Assembly (NCBI GenBank): GCA_963777945.1
Contig: CAVZSN010000010.1
Coordinates: 110,354-174,353, forward strand
Direction of reading: 5' to 3'
DNA length: 64,000 nucleotides
Origin: an uncultured Actinomycetota bacterium
GTDB lineage: Bacteria > Actinomycetota > Thermoleophilia > RBG-16-64-13
Notes under the pieces: generated by a model
What the model saw: the letters and a program-made list of their open reading frames with translations, nothing else
Databases searched by the model: none
Told to the model about the DNA's origin: nothing
Made by a program: the position numbers and the translations under genes
Part shown: positions 25,853 through 37,145 of the stretch, piece by piece
Numbering within the stretch: the stretch's first letter is position 1
Layout: every line of letters starts with the position of its first letter

Positions 25853-26470
25853 TCAGAGGGGCTCCCCCGGCGTAGAAGCGCCCTCCAGCCAGGCCTTGCC
25901 CTCCGCATAGAGCTTCTCCACGGCCGGGCCTTTCAGCCCCGGCAGTGCCTCCTTCACGTTGAATCCCACCCGGGACTGAAGATAGGCGAGATGCCGGTAG
26001 CCTTCGGGAAAGCGAGCCAACACGGCGGGATCGAGGGAGAGGGTCGCGGACGGATCCACGGGGTCGAGCCGGTCCTTCTCGTAGATGGGCTGCCGTCTGA
26101 CGATCCCCCAGCGGCCCTCCCGTTTCTCGAAGAAATCGTAGAAACGGCCCCAGCACACGACGTCCACGGCGACGCCATCGACCTCGCCGCGCTGGTGGAT
26201 GGTCATCTTCGCCTGCGAGATGGCGCGGTCCCCAGCCACGTCGCACGACCAGCCACCCAGCTGGTGAAGGATGTTCACGCCCTGTTCGAAGGAACGCTTG
26301 CTGATCGCGATGAAGTCCTGATACGGCCCCTGGAACCAGGTGGCGGTCATCCAGCCCTCGGGATGCCAGACCGTCGCGAAACGCTCCCAATCCCCGGAGT
26401 CTCGCCAGACTACCCAATTCTCCACCGTTTCGCGGATGGCCAGCTTGTCGGCGGTGAGATCCTCGCGCAT
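25853..26470 (-). CDS. SnoaL-like/NTF2-like domain protein
   Basis: …MREDLTADKLAIRETVENWVVWRDSGDWERFATVWHPEGWMTATWFQGPYQDFIAISKRSF… 200-aa cone-shaped alpha+beta fold family signature. Intact ORF. Confidence 0.5.
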   Translation of the reverse strand: MREDLTADKLAIRETVENWVVWRDSGDWERFATVWHPEGWMTATWFQGPYQDFIAISKRSFEQGVNILHQLGGWSCDVAGDRAISQAKMTIHQRGEVDGVAVDVVCWGRFYDFFEKREGRWGIVRRQPIYEKDRLDPVDPSATLSLDPAVLARFPEGYRHLAYLQSRVGFNVKEALPGLKGPAVEKLYAEGKAWLEGASTPGEPL

Positions 26471-26589
26471 CAGCGGACTCCTTGTGATCTCGTTCTGTGG
26501 CCGGAGGGGCTGCCCGGACAGCCCCGTGGTCCAGCTTAGCACCGCCGACATGGCCGCGCGACTCGGGCCGGCAGCCGCTCCGAGCTACC

Positions 26590-26843
26590 CCGCCTGACGT
26601 CGCAAGGTTGCGTCTCGGGCCATCGTCCCCAGCAGCAGCGCCAGAGACCACCGTCGCGGATCCGCTGACGATCATGCAGAACCAGGCCCACCATGGTTCG
26701 AGCAGCCAATCGACGGAGCCTGCCAGCCATACTCCGAGACCACCCATCACCACCGTCAGAACCGTGAGCAACTCGAGACCTACGGACAACGCCAGATCGC
26801 GATGTCCCCTAGGTACCGGCTGAGAGTGAGTTCCTGACTGATC
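26590..26843 (-). CDS. possible small two-TM membrane protein (weak)
   Basis: MDQSGTHSQPVPRGHRDLALSVGLELLTVLTVVMGGLGVWLAGSVDWLLEPWWAWFCMIVSGSATVV… No clear RBS. 3' end undefined because the frame stays open in GC-rich DNA. Confidence 0.15.
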
Positions 26844-27164
26844 CATACCAGGCAAGAATAGACTGGGTTGCACCAAAGATGCAATACTTTTCTTTAGAGT
26901 CGCCGCCGGGGTGGTCGGGAGCGTGGAAGAGCGCCAGCATTTCGGCAACGGCCTTCGTCTACATCTGCAACGATCACAAGGAATTGCTCGAGGGCTGCTA
27001 CCAAGTCCGGGAGCTATCCGCGGCGGAGCAGCTCACGCCTTACAGAGGAACGATCACCCCGAGGCGTGAACAGTGGACACGACTCTCGCGGGCGCGTAGG
27101 CTTCACTACAGCCCTACAGACGCGGGCGCTCAGCAGAGGTTCTCGTCGGTCAGGTTCGGACCAA

Positions 27165-27292
27165 TTACTGTCCCGACTTTCTCTCCTTTCTCCGGGTGCG
27201 CCACGCTTCCAAGGCGTAGATGCCCATGATCGTGTACCCGAGCCCGATTAGGGCGTAGAAGAGGACAGCCAACCCCGGCCAGTATATTTGCA
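27165..27292 (-). CDS. 41-aa hydrophobic micro-protein
   Basis: RBS GGAG 7 nt before ATG. MQIYWPGLAVLFYALIGLGYTIMGIYALEAWRTRRKERKSGQ*. Not in the ORF track because it is <60 aa. Confidence 0.25.
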
Positions 27293-27579
27293 TGCTTTCT
27301 CCAGTTCCTCTGTCGTGACTAGTCCATTGTAGGAGCGAGGGGATGGCGGGGCAACACGACCTTCAACGTACTCGCGCCGGGAGACTTTGGTTGTAGAACT
27401 GAGCGTCGGAGTGAGTAGCGAGGCGCCTAATACCTCCACCCGCTTTGGTCGATATTCCTAACGAGGCCCACGGCCTGTCAACAAACGCGCATCCGTGGGC
27501 CTTCTTCCAGCTCAGAGACGCTCGGCAGACGAAGCTTTGCTATCTTGGCGGAAAGCCGCCAAATACTGGGCTTTTCAAG

Positions 27580-27653
27580 TGGGCCCAGCAGGACTCGAAC
27601 CTGCGACCGGCCGATTATGAGTCGGCAGCTCTAACCAACTGAGCTATGGGCCC
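27580..27653 (-). tRNA. tRNA-Met (anticodon CAT; elongator or tRNA-Ile2-type, not initiator)
   Basis: GGGCCCATAGCTCAGTTGGTTAGAGCTGCCGACTCATAATCGGCCGGTCGCAGGTTCGAGTCCTGCTGGGCCCA. Anticodon stem lacks the three consecutive G-C pairs of initiator tRNA. Confidence 0.9.
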
Positions 27654-27689
27654 CGGACGACTGCTCATTCTACCCCAGCACCGGTCACC

Positions 27690-28340
27690 TACTCGTCGCG
27701 GGCAGCTCCTCGGCCGGGCGCGCTCCGGCCAGCTCGGCGGCACTTCTCGAGCACGAAGACGCCGTAGGCGGCGCGCAGGTTGGGCCAGAACCGCAGACGG
27801 CCGCTTGGGCCCCACGTAGAAGTGCCGGACGATCCGTATCCCCTGCTCGCGCGTGAACCGGCGGAAGTCCTTGATGGTCAGGGAGTGGATGTTCGGCGTG
27901 TCGTACCACTGGTACGGCAGCGAGCTCGTCACCGGCGCCCTGCCGGTGAAGAGCAGCTGCAGCCGCGCCTTCCAGTGGCCGAAGTTAGGGAAGCTGGCCA
28001 CCACGTAGTGCCCCACGCGCAGCGCCTCGTGCAGCACCGCCACCGTCTCCCGGGCCTGCTGCAGGGTCTGGCTGAGGACCACGTAGTCGAAGCTGTTGTC
28101 GGGGTAGTACGACAGGCCCTCGTCGAAGTCGCCGTGGTAGACGGTGACGCCCTTGGCCACCGCTTCGTAGACCTTGTCTTCCACGATCTCGATGCCGGTG
28201 CCGCGCACGTTCTTGGCGTCCATGAGCATCTTGAGGAGGATCCCCTTGCCGCAGCCCAGGTCGAGCACCCGCGCTCCCGCGGGCACCGCATCCACGATGA
28301 ACAGGTGGTCCCAGCGGACGCCGTCCGCGCTCCTGGCCAC
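27690..28340 (-). CDS. metW: methionine biosynthesis protein MetW (SAM-dependent methyltransferase fold; frameshifted)
   Basis: …[32 protein letters not shown]…[55 protein letters not shown]…[17 protein letters not shown]…. Confidence 0.6.
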
Positions 28341-29520
28341 GCCGCTAGGCAAGGCGCAGCCCTCCTCTGCCGCGCGGTGGTCTCCAGGAAGTGCCACACC
28401 ACCCGGGTGAGATCCTTGTTCTCGAGAAGGAAGGCGTCGTGGCCGTAGCGACGAGCTCATCTCGAGGTAGGAGCAGTCGAGCCCGTTGCCCTTCAGAGCG
28501 TGCACGATCTCCTTGGACTGATACGGCGGGTAGAGCCAGTCGCTGCTGAAGGCGATGATCAGAAAGCGCATGTCCTCCGGGAGTTCCCGGAAGGCCTCCA
28601 CCAGCACCCCGCGGCCGGCCGCCAGGTCGAAGTAGTCGAGAGCCTTGGTGATGTAGAGATAGGTGTTGGCGTCGAAGCGGCGCGTGAACACCTCGCCCTG
28701 GTAGCGCAGGTAGCTCTCCACCTCGAAGTCCAGGCTGAGGTCGTAGTCCGGCGCCTTCTTCTCCCGCAGGCGCCGCCCGAACTTCTCGTGCATCGATTCG
28801 TCGGACAGATAGGTGATGTGCCCGATCATCCGGGCGACCGCCAGGCCGCTGTCGGGCGGGTCGCCCTGGTAGTAGTCGCCGCCGTTCCAGTTGGGGTCGC
28901 CCATGATGGCCTCGCGGCCCACCTCGTTGAAGGCGATCTGCATGGGCGAGTGCCGCTGCGTCGCCGCGATGCGAGATGCACGACGCCACCATCTCCGGAT
29001 AGGCGACGGCCCATTCCAGAGCCTGCATCCCCCCCATGGAACCCCCGGCGACAGCCAGCAGCTTCGAGATGCCCAGATGATCGACCAGCAGCTTCTGCGC
29101 CCGCACCATGTCGCCGACGGTGACCAACGGGAAGGTGACCCCGTATTCCTTGCCGGTCGCCGGGTTGATGCTGCTCGGCCCGCTGCTGCCCTTGCAGCCG
29201 CCGATGACGTTGGAGCAGATGACGAAGTACCGGTCGGTGTCGAACCCCTTGCCCGGGCCGATCATGGTCTCCCACCAGCCCGGCTTCGTCTCTCCCGGGT
29301 AGTAGCCGGCGGCGTGAGCGTCGCCGGAGAGGGCGTGCAGGATGAGCACGGCGTTGGTGCGCTCCGTCGTTCAGCGTGCCGTACATCTCGTAGGCGATGG
29401 TGACAGGCTCCAGGACTGCGCCCGAGTCGAGGGGCAGCGACGGGAAGGTCACGCTCTTGCAGCTCGACCTCGCCGACGGAGACGCCCAGTGCCTGCTGAT
29501 CGTGGATGTAATCGCTCATT
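28340..29520 (-). CDS. metX: homoserine O-acetyltransferase (frameshifted)
   Basis: [22 protein letters not shown]…[22 protein letters not shown]…, nucleophile elbow [14 protein letters not shown]-terminal …[20 protein letters not shown]…. Confidence 0.85.
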
Positions 29521-29527
29521 CGTCGCT

Positions 29528-31346
29528 CGCCTATCCCCGATAGCGGTTCGTGATGGGCAGCCGCCGGTCCTTCCCGAAGGCCTTCGGGGTGATGCGCACG
29601 CCCGGCGCCGCCTGGCGGCGCTTGTACTCGTTGCCGTCGATCATCGCCACCACCCGCTGCACTTCGCCCCGGTCGACGCCCGACGCGACGATCTCGTCGA
29701 CGCTGTCGTCGTTGACCACGTAGGCCTCGATGATGCGGTCGAGCAGGTCGTACGGCGGCAGCGTGTCCTGGTCGGTCTGGTCGGCCGCCAGCTCGGCGGA
29801 CGGCGCTCGGTCGATGGTGGCCCGCGGGATCGGGCCCTCGCCCGGGACCGAGCGAGTTGCGATAGTCGGCCAGCCTGTAGACAAGGGTCTTGGGCACGTC
29901 CTTGAGCACGGCGAAGCCGCCCGCCATGTCGCCGTAGAGCGTGGCATAGCCGACGGCCGTCTCGCTCTTGTTGCCGGTGGTCAGCACCAGCCAGCCGAAC
30001 TTGTTCGAGAGCGCCATCAGCAGGTTGCCCGCGGATGCGGGCCTGGATGTTCTGCTCGGTGACTCCCGGCGTCGCGTTCCGCCGAAGATACGGAGCCAGG
30101 GTCTCCAGGTAGGAGCCGTAGATGCTCTCGATGGGGATCTCGTAGAAGTGGACCCCCAGCCGCTCGGCCGTCTCTCGAGCGTCGTTCTTGGTACCGGCGC
30201 TGGAGTAGCGCGAGGGCATGGAGACCGGCGTCGACCCTCTCCTTCCCCAAGGGCGTCGGCCGCGATGCAGGCCGTGAGCGCCGAGTCGATACCGCCGCTG
30301 ATGCCCATGACCACCTGCTCGAAGCGGTTCTTCCGCACGTAGTCGCCCACCCCCAGGCACAGCGCCGCGTAGACCTCGGCCTCCGACGACTCAGCGCACT
30401 CGGCGATGGGGACGTGTCCGGCCGTGCGACGGGGCGCTCCGACCGCAGCCTGGGCGTCGTCCGCGGAGGCCGCCCGCCGGCCGCAGACCGGGCCCGATCC
30501 ACGGTGATGATCTCCACTCCCCAGCGAGAGCCCGCTGGACAGGTCGAGACGGCAGTCGGGCCCCTCGACCGGCAACTCGCCCAGGCGACGCAGGCGGACG
30601 GAGCGACTCCACGTCGAGGTCGACCACGAGCAACTGCTCCTCGAACTGCGGCCGCGCGCGCGACCAGCCCGCCGTCCGGCCCGAACACCAGGCTCTGCCC
30701 GTCGAACACCAGCTCGTCCTGGCCCCCGACCCCGTTGACGATAGCACACGTACGCGTGCGCGTCGCGCGCCCGCTGCGCGAGCATGGCCTCGCGCTCCCT
30801 GCCTTTGCCCACGTGATAGGGCGACATGGACAGGTTGATCACCAGCGAGGCGTCACCGTCCCGGGCCGCCACCTCCGTGGGCCCGCACGGCTCCCAGATG
30901 TCCTCGCAGATGTTGACACCGATGTGCACGTCCCGCCAGATCGACGACGCCGGCGCGGTCGCCCGGGCGTGAAGTACCGCTTCTCGTCGAACACCGCGTA
31001 GTTGGGCAGGCAGATCTTCCGGTAGACGCCGGCGACCCGCCCTCCCGCCAGCGACCGCGGCCGCGTTGTAGACGGCCGCCTCCCTGGGCCACGGGCACCC
31101 CCACCAGGGCGCAGATGCCCGGAGTTCGCAGCGCGCCACTCTCCAGCAGGGCGTCCCAACAGCGGGCGAGAAAGTGGTCCTTCAGCAGGAGATCCTCCGG
31201 CGGGTAGCCGGAGATGACCAACTCCGGGAACGCGACGAGATCGGCTCCCGCTGCCTCGGCGGACTTGCATCCACTCCGACCACCAGGGCGCCGTTGGCTT
31301 CGAGGGCCCCCACGGTCGGGTTGACCTGCGCGAGGGCTACCCTCAC
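29528..31346 (-). CDS. nadE: glutamine-dependent NAD+ synthetase (nitrilase domain + NAD synthetase domain; frameshifted)
   Basis: [24 protein letters not shown]… (CN-hydrolase), …[16 protein letters not shown]… (PP-loop), …[50 protein letters not shown]…, C-terminus …PITNRYRG. Confidence 0.85.
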
Positions 31347-32757
31347 CGGGCGGACTCCAAGCACGCTGATGAGCTCCTCGGTCTTCGCCTGCAGCAGATC
31401 CTTGTCGGCTCGGGTCTCGACGTTCAGCCTCACCACCGGCTCGGTGTTGGACATGCGGACGTTGAAGCGCCACGTCGGATACTCGACGCTCAGGCCGTCG
31501 ATCTCGTCCACGTCCAGGGCGTCCTGCCGCGTACCGCTCCCGGATCGCCTCCAACGCCCGCGCTGGATCGCTCAAGGTCAGGTTGATCTCTCCGCTCACC
31601 GGGAAGCGGGCGATGCGCTCCGCCACCATCTCGGACAGCGGCCGTCCGGCCTCGCTGATGGCCTCCACCACCTGCAGCCAGGGGATCATGCCGGAGTCGC
31701 AGTAGGAGAACTCCCGGAAGTAGTGGTGAGCCGACATCTCGCCGCCGTAGGCGGCATCGACCGCCCGCATCTTCTCCTTGATGAAGGCGTGGCCGCTCTT
31801 GCACACCACCGGGTGTGCCGCCCGCCTGCCGCACGAGTTCCTCGAGTGTTCCAGACCAGCCGGGGTCGTGGACGATGTTCGCGCCCGGGATGCCGCTTCA
31901 GCGCCCGCTCGGCGAGCAATCCCACCAGGTAGTAGCCCTCGACGAACTCACCCTTCTCGTCGAAGAAGAAGCAGCGGTCGAAGTCTCCGTCCCAGGCGAT
32001 GCCCAGGTCGGCCCCGGTCTCGAGCACGGCCTGAGAGGTCGCGGCCCGGTTCTCGGGCAGCAGGGGGTTCGGCACGCCCAGCGGGAATGTCCCGTCGGGC
32101 GTCTCGTTTATCTTTACGAAGCTGTAAAGGCAGATGCTCCTCCAGCATGTCGATGACCGGCCCGGCGCCGCCGTTCCCGGGGTTGACCACGACCTTGAGC
32201 GGCCGCAGCTCTGGCCTGGTCGATATAGGTGAGCAGATGCTCGACGAAGGCCGGCCGCATGTCGCGATGCTCGAGTCGACCCGGTCTTCGCGGCGGCGCG
32301 TGCGCCGCCGCCGGCGGACCTTCCCCTGCGTGCCCGGCTTCGCTCATCGCCTCGCGCACCATCTCCTCGATCTCCAGCAGACCGGTGTCGGAGCTGATGG
32401 GCCGCGCCTGCTCGCGCGTGAACTTCATGCCGTTGTACTCGCGGGGATTGTGGCTGGCGGTCACCATGATGCCGCCGTCCACCCCCAGGGCGAACGTGGC
32501 GTGGTAGACCTCCTCGGTGCCCACCAGCCCGATGTCGACCACGTCGACACCCGAATCCACGAGCCCCCGGCCGAGGGCGGCGGCGAGTCTCGGGGCTGGT
32601 GAGACGTACGTCGTGCCCCACGACCACCCGCGCCGGATGCAGCGAGTCCGCGTACGCCCGCCCGATCAGTTCGGCCATGTGCGCGTTCAGCTGGTCCGGG
32701 ACTCTTGCCGCGGACGTCGTACGCTTTGAAGCTCTCCAGGCGCGCCGTTTCTTGCAT
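31343..32757 (-). CDS. manB: phosphomannomutase/phosphoglucomutase (alpha-D-phosphohexomutase; frameshifted)
   Basis: [17 protein letters not shown]…, active-site …[18 protein letters not shown]…, …[20 protein letters not shown]…, C-terminus …[17 protein letters not shown]…. Confidence 0.8.
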
Positions 32758-32832
32758 GATGAGCACCCTCCGGGCCCGGTCGAGGCGATTGCATGGGATA
32801 ACTCTATTGCCTATACTACGCGAGGTCCGCGG

Positions 32833-32907
32833 TCCTCGGTAGCTCAATGGTAGAGCACCTGACTGTTAATCAGGGTGTTGCAGGTTCGAGTCCTGCCCGA
32901 GGAGCCA
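32833..32907 (+). tRNA. tRNA-Asn (anticodon GTT), CCA encoded
   Basis: TCCTCGGTAGCTCAATGGTAGAGCACCTGACTGTTAATCAGGGTGTTGCAGGTTCGAGTCCTGCCCGAGGAGCCA. Confidence 0.95.
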
Positions 32908-32970
32908 TTGCTTTCCGGATGCAGCCACAGTGGCCGCCTGAGCGCTTGGTGATGACACGGGAGCGAGACG

Positions 32971-33399
32971 ATGGACGACGATCGCAAGACTCAGGAACAC
33001 GGCCAGGCAGGTGGAGACACCACCAGACGCGCCGACTTCGGCGCCCCGATCGAGGGCTTCCTCGAGAAACAGCCGCCCTTCGCGCGAGCGATTCTAGACG
33101 AACTGCGTGCCCTCATCCTCGAAGTGGCTCCCGAGGCGACGGCCTCACTGAAGTGGGGCATGCCGTTCTTCTCCCTCGAAGGCAAGATGTTCTGCGCCCT
33201 GACCGCCCACAAGGCCCACGTGAACCTGGTTCTATACGGCCCACGAGAGGCCTACTCCGATCCCGAGGGAAGACTCCTGGGCACGGGCAAGGCCGGGTAT
33301 CACCTACGCATCGAATCGGTCGACGGGATACCGAGGACCGAGATCAGAGACTGGCTGCAGACGGCCGTGGAGCTGGCGACCGGAAAGGCTACGACCTAG
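32971..33399 (+). CDS. DUF1801 (YdhG-like) domain protein
   Basis: Intact 142-aa ORF …FARAILDELRALILEVAPEATASLKWGMPFFSLEGKMFCALTAHKAHVNLVLYGP…. Confidence 0.6.
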   Translation: MDDDRKTQEHGQAGGDTTRRADFGAPIEGFLEKQPPFARAILDELRALILEVAPEATASLKWGMPFFSLEGKMFCALTAHKAHVNLVLYGPREAYSDPEGRLLGTGKAGYHLRIESVDGIPRTEIRDWLQTAVELATGKATT

Positions 33400-33408
33400 C
33401 CGCCGCAC

Positions 33409-33672
33409 TCACGCCGCGGGGCTCAACTGACCCCAGGCCGCTTCGGTATCGGCGCCCACTTCGTCGGATACCTCCGAGCCGCACTCGGGGCAGACGACCA
33501 CGACGGCCAACCGCACCGTGCAGGTGCCGCCGGGAGAAGCGGCTCTTTCGATGACTTGAGCACTCGCCTGCAGTGTGGCTCCACAGCAGGAACACGAGTC
33601 CCCGGGTCGCACGCGTGAAAGAAAGGCGCCCAGCGACTCCGGCGTTTCTGGAGTCCGGTTCATCATGCTCAC
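33409..33672 (-). CDS. small 4-Cys zinc-ribbon protein, translationally coupled to lexA
   Basis: 87 aa. …GDSCSCCGATLQ…(25 aa)…VVCPECGSEVSDE… two CxxC-like pairs. Start ATG overlaps lexA stop (ATGA). Confidence 0.45.
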   Translation of the reverse strand: MSMMNRTPETPESLGAFLSRVRPGDSCSCCGATLQASAQVIERAASPGGTCTVRLAVVVVCPECGSEVSDEVGADTEAAWGQLSPAA

Positions 33673-34290
33673 AGCTTCCTCATGACGGCGATGACCTTGC
33701 CGGCAATAAGAGGGTCGCGCGCGAAGATGGGTTCCATGACGTCGTTCTCCGGCTGCAGCCTCACCTGATCGGCCTCTCGGTAGAAGCGTTTCAGCGTCGC
33801 CTCGTCTGTGAGCACGGCCACCACGATGTCACCGTCCTCTGCCGTCTCCTGCCGCTTGACCACCACGATGTCACCGTCGAAGATGCCCGCATTGATCATG
33901 GAGTTCCCGCTGACCCGCAGGGCGAAACAGTCCTCGTCGCCGCCCAGGAAGCCGGGGACGTCGAGAGAGTCCTCGATGTTCTCCTCGGCGAGAAGCGGTT
34001 GCCCGGCCGCCACCCGGCCCACCAGCGGGACCGCGGTCGGACCACGGCTCCGCCGGCGATGCGGACCCGCCCCGCAAGGGCCTCACCACTTCCAGCGCCC
34101 GCCGCTTGGCGCCCCCCTCTGCGGATGTAGCCCTGAGCTTCAAGGGCCGCAAGGTGACCCTGCACGGAAGCCGGTGAGCACAAGACCTACCGCCGCGCCG
34201 ATCTCGCGGACTGTGGGCGGGTAGCCCTGTTGCCTGCACCGCATCTTCGATCACCTGCAGTATCAGCCGCTGGCGCTCGGGCAGTTCCAT
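33669..34290 (-). CDS. lexA: LexA repressor (frameshifted in N-terminal half)
   Basis: MELPERQRLILQVIEDAVQATG… (wHTH), …SVQGHLAALEAQGYIRR…, C-terminal S24 peptidase …FALRVSGNSMINAGIFDGDIVVVKRQETAEDGDIVVAVLTDEATLKRF… (Ser/Lys dyad). Confidence 0.85.
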
Positions 34291-34305
34291 GGTCCGCTCC
34301 TCGGT

Positions 34306-34317
34306 GAACATTCGTTC
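34306..34317 (-). promoter_or_regulatory. SOS (Cheo) box 1: GAACATTCGTTC
   Basis: Exact GAAC-N4-GTTC actinobacterial/Gram-positive LexA operator 16 nt upstream of the lexA ATG. Confidence 0.6.
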
Positions 34318-34333
34318 GCTTTGCGCCAGTATA

Positions 34334-34345
34334 GAACACTTGTTC
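34334..34345 (-). promoter_or_regulatory. SOS (Cheo) box 2: GAACACTTGTTC
   Basis: Second exact GAAC-N4-GTTC motif 16 nt further upstream. Confidence 0.5.
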
Positions 34346-34426
34346 GGCCGCGTCAAGACGCTCACGCTGAGCCCGGTTGACGCCCCCATCCCCCAGCCTT
34401 ATACTCACCCCGGTTTTCGCCCGACA

Positions 34427-34512
<86 letters not shown>

Positions 34513-34610
34513 CTCTTCCTGCGGTTTCCTGGCGGTTCTGTTCTGGGTAGATGTGTTGCGCTCGCCCGGCGCGGCCCGTGCAACTGCCAATCACTCGACC
34601 GGAGGATCCG

Positions 34611-37097
34611 ATGGCCAAAGCTACCTGCAGAGCTGGGACCCACCGAGATCTACCGCGCCTGCGACGTCTCCGCCCTCGATTTCAAGACCACCGCCGACCT
34701 TCCCGACCTGACCGAGATCATCGGCCAGGACCGCGCCGTCTCCTCGGTGGAGTTCGGCATGGGCATCGACAGCGACGGCTACAACATCTTCGCCGTCGGC
34801 CCGACGGGCACGGGCAAGATCGACCACCGTCTACGACTTCCTCGTCGCGACAGGCTGCCTCGCTGCCCGGCTCCGGACGACTGGGTCTACGTCTACAACT
34901 TCGCCAAGCCCTACGAGCCCAACGCCATCCGCATGCCCGCCGGCAAGGCACAGGACTTCCGCAAGGACATGGAGAAGCTGGTCGAGGACCTGCAGGCGGC
35001 CATCACCCAGGCCTTCGAGGGCGAGGAGTACGAGAAGCAGAAGCGCGCCATCGCCCAGCAGGTCGGCGAGAAGCAAGAAGCCAAGCTGAGCGGCCTGAAC
35101 GAGAAGGCCGAGGCGCAGAGCTTCACGATGGTGCGCACCCCGGCCGGGCTGGCCTTCGCGCCCAAGACCGCCGAGGGCGAGACCATGTCGCGCGAGGCCT
35201 ACGAGGCCCTGCCGCCCGGAGGAGCAGAAGCGCATCGACGACGGCCTTGGAGGCTCTGAACGAGGAACTGCAGCAGATCATGCGCCTGGTACGCCAGGAC
35301 GAGCGAGCCGGGCGCGACGCCCTGCGCGAGCTCGACCAGCAGGTCACCGACTTCGCAGCCAAGCATCTGGTCGACGAGGCCTGCGAACGCTGGTGCCACC
35401 TGCCTGAGATGTCCGACTACCTGCAGGCGGTGCTGACCGACGTCGTCGAGAACGCCGACGACTTCAAGAAGTCGGACGACGAAGACCCCCGCGATGTTCA
35501 TGGGCATGCCCATCCCCGGCCGGCAGAAGGGCGAGGGCGCCTTCCGCAAGTACAGGATCAACGTGCTGGTGGACAACTCCGACGCTGAAGGGCGCCCCGG
35601 TCGTCACCGAGACCAACCCCGTGCTGCAGAACCTCGTCGGCCGGGTCGAGCATCAGGCCCAGTTCGGCGCCCTCTTCACCGACTTCAGCATGATCAAGGC
35701 CGGCGCCCTGCACAAGGCCAACGGCGGCTTCCTCGTTCTGGAGGCCCGGGAGGTCCTCCTCAAGCCCTACTCCTGGGATGCGCTCAAGCGGACCCTCAAG
35801 ACCGGCGAGATCCGCGTCGAGGACATCGCCCAGCAGATGGGCTTCGCCACGACGGCCACGCTCGACCCCGAGCCCATCCCCTTCAAGGCCAAGATCGTGC
35901 TCATCGGCGAGCCCTTCGTCTACTACCTGCTCTACCGCCAGGACCCGGACTTCCAGGAGCTGTTCAAGGTCAAGGCCGACTTCGACACGGTCGTCGACCG
36001 GACTCCGGAGAACGAGCAGCTGTACGCCCGCTTCGTCGCCCGCGTGGCCGCGAGCACGACCTGCCTCCCTTCTCCGCCGACGCGGTCGCCCGGGTCATCG
36101 AGCAGACTTCGCGCCTGGTCGAAGACCAGCGCAAGATGACCACCCGTTTCGTGGACGTGCAGCGACCTGCTCACCGAGTCGTCCTACTGGGCGCGGCACG
36201 GCCAAGCCGGCACCGAGCGAAGCTCGTCGTCAAGCGGGAGCACGTGCAGAAGGCCATCGACCAGCACATCTACCGCTCCAACCAGATCGAGGAGCGCGTG
36301 CGCGAGATGATCGCCGACGGCACCGTCATGGTCGACACCCGCGGCGCCGTCGTCGGCCAGATCAACGGCCTGTCGGTCTCGTCCATCGGCGACTACACGT
36401 TCGGCCGGCCCAGCCGCATCACCGCCACTCACCGGCTGGGCGACGGCGAGGTGGTCGACATCGAGCGCGAGGTCGAGATGGGCGGCCCCATCCACTCCAA
36501 GGGGGTGCTCATCCTCGCCGGCTATCTCGGCGCCAAGTACGCCTCCGAGCGACCCCTCTCGCTCACCGCGCGTCTGGTCTTCGAACAGTCCTACTCGGGC
36601 GTCGAGGGCGACAGCGCCTCGTCGGCGGAGCTGTACGCCTTGCTCTCCTCCCTCTCGGGCGTGCCCATCCAGCAGCGCTTCGCCGTGACCGGCTCGGTCA
36701 ACCAGCGCGGCCAGGTACAGGCCATCGGCGGGGTCAACGAGAAGATCGAGGGCTTCTTCGCCGTCTGCGAGGCGCTGGGCCTGCAGGGGCGACGAGACGG
36801 TGCTCATCCCCAAGTCCAACGTGCCCAACCTGATGCTCGAGCCCGAGAGTGCGCGAGGCGGTCGCGCGCGGGCCGCTTCCACATCATCCCGGTGACCACC
36901 ATCGACGAGGGCATCAGCCTGCTCACCGGCGTTGCCGGCCGGCGAGCTCGGCGACGAACGGGACGTATCCCGCAGGGCACGATCAACCGCATGGTGGTCG
37001 ATCGGCTCGTCTCTCCTGGCCGAGAAAGCCCGGGAGAGCGTCCCGCAAGAAGGACAAAGACCCGACCGAGGCCGCCGCGCAAGATCACGACCGGTGA
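34611..37097 (+). CDS. Lon-like ATP-dependent protease (COG1067/LonB-type: AAA+ ATPase + C-terminal Lon S16 proteolytic domain; frameshifted)
   Basis: RBS GGAGG + ATG. …DLTEIIGQDRAVSSVEFGMGIDSDGYNIFAVGPTGTGK… (Walker A), …ANGGFLVLEAREVLLKPYSWDALKRTLKTGEIRVE…, …GPIHSKGVLILAGYLGAKYA…GDSASSAELYALLSSLSGVPIQQRFAVTGSVNQRGQVQAIGGVNEKIEGFF… (catalytic Ser-Lys region). Confidence 0.75.
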
Positions 37098-37145
37098 GGG
37101 CGCTGCCTCGGCGTACGGAGCTGCGCGGCGCCGACCGCGGGTCGG

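Noticed and set aside
24664-25908. 414-aa ORF suggesting a larger NIF3 fusion protein
   Set aside because: The N-terminal about 40 codons and the C-terminal about 40 codons are out-of-frame extensions. The NIF3 homology covers only about 24790-25830.
22622-27653. Integrative mobile element, prophage or defence island between the tRNA genes
   Set aside because: No integrase, recombinase, transposase, phage structural gene, direct-repeat att site or recognisable defence-gene domain was found. Only small orphan ORFs are present. This is kept as a low-interest finding, not a mobile_element feature.
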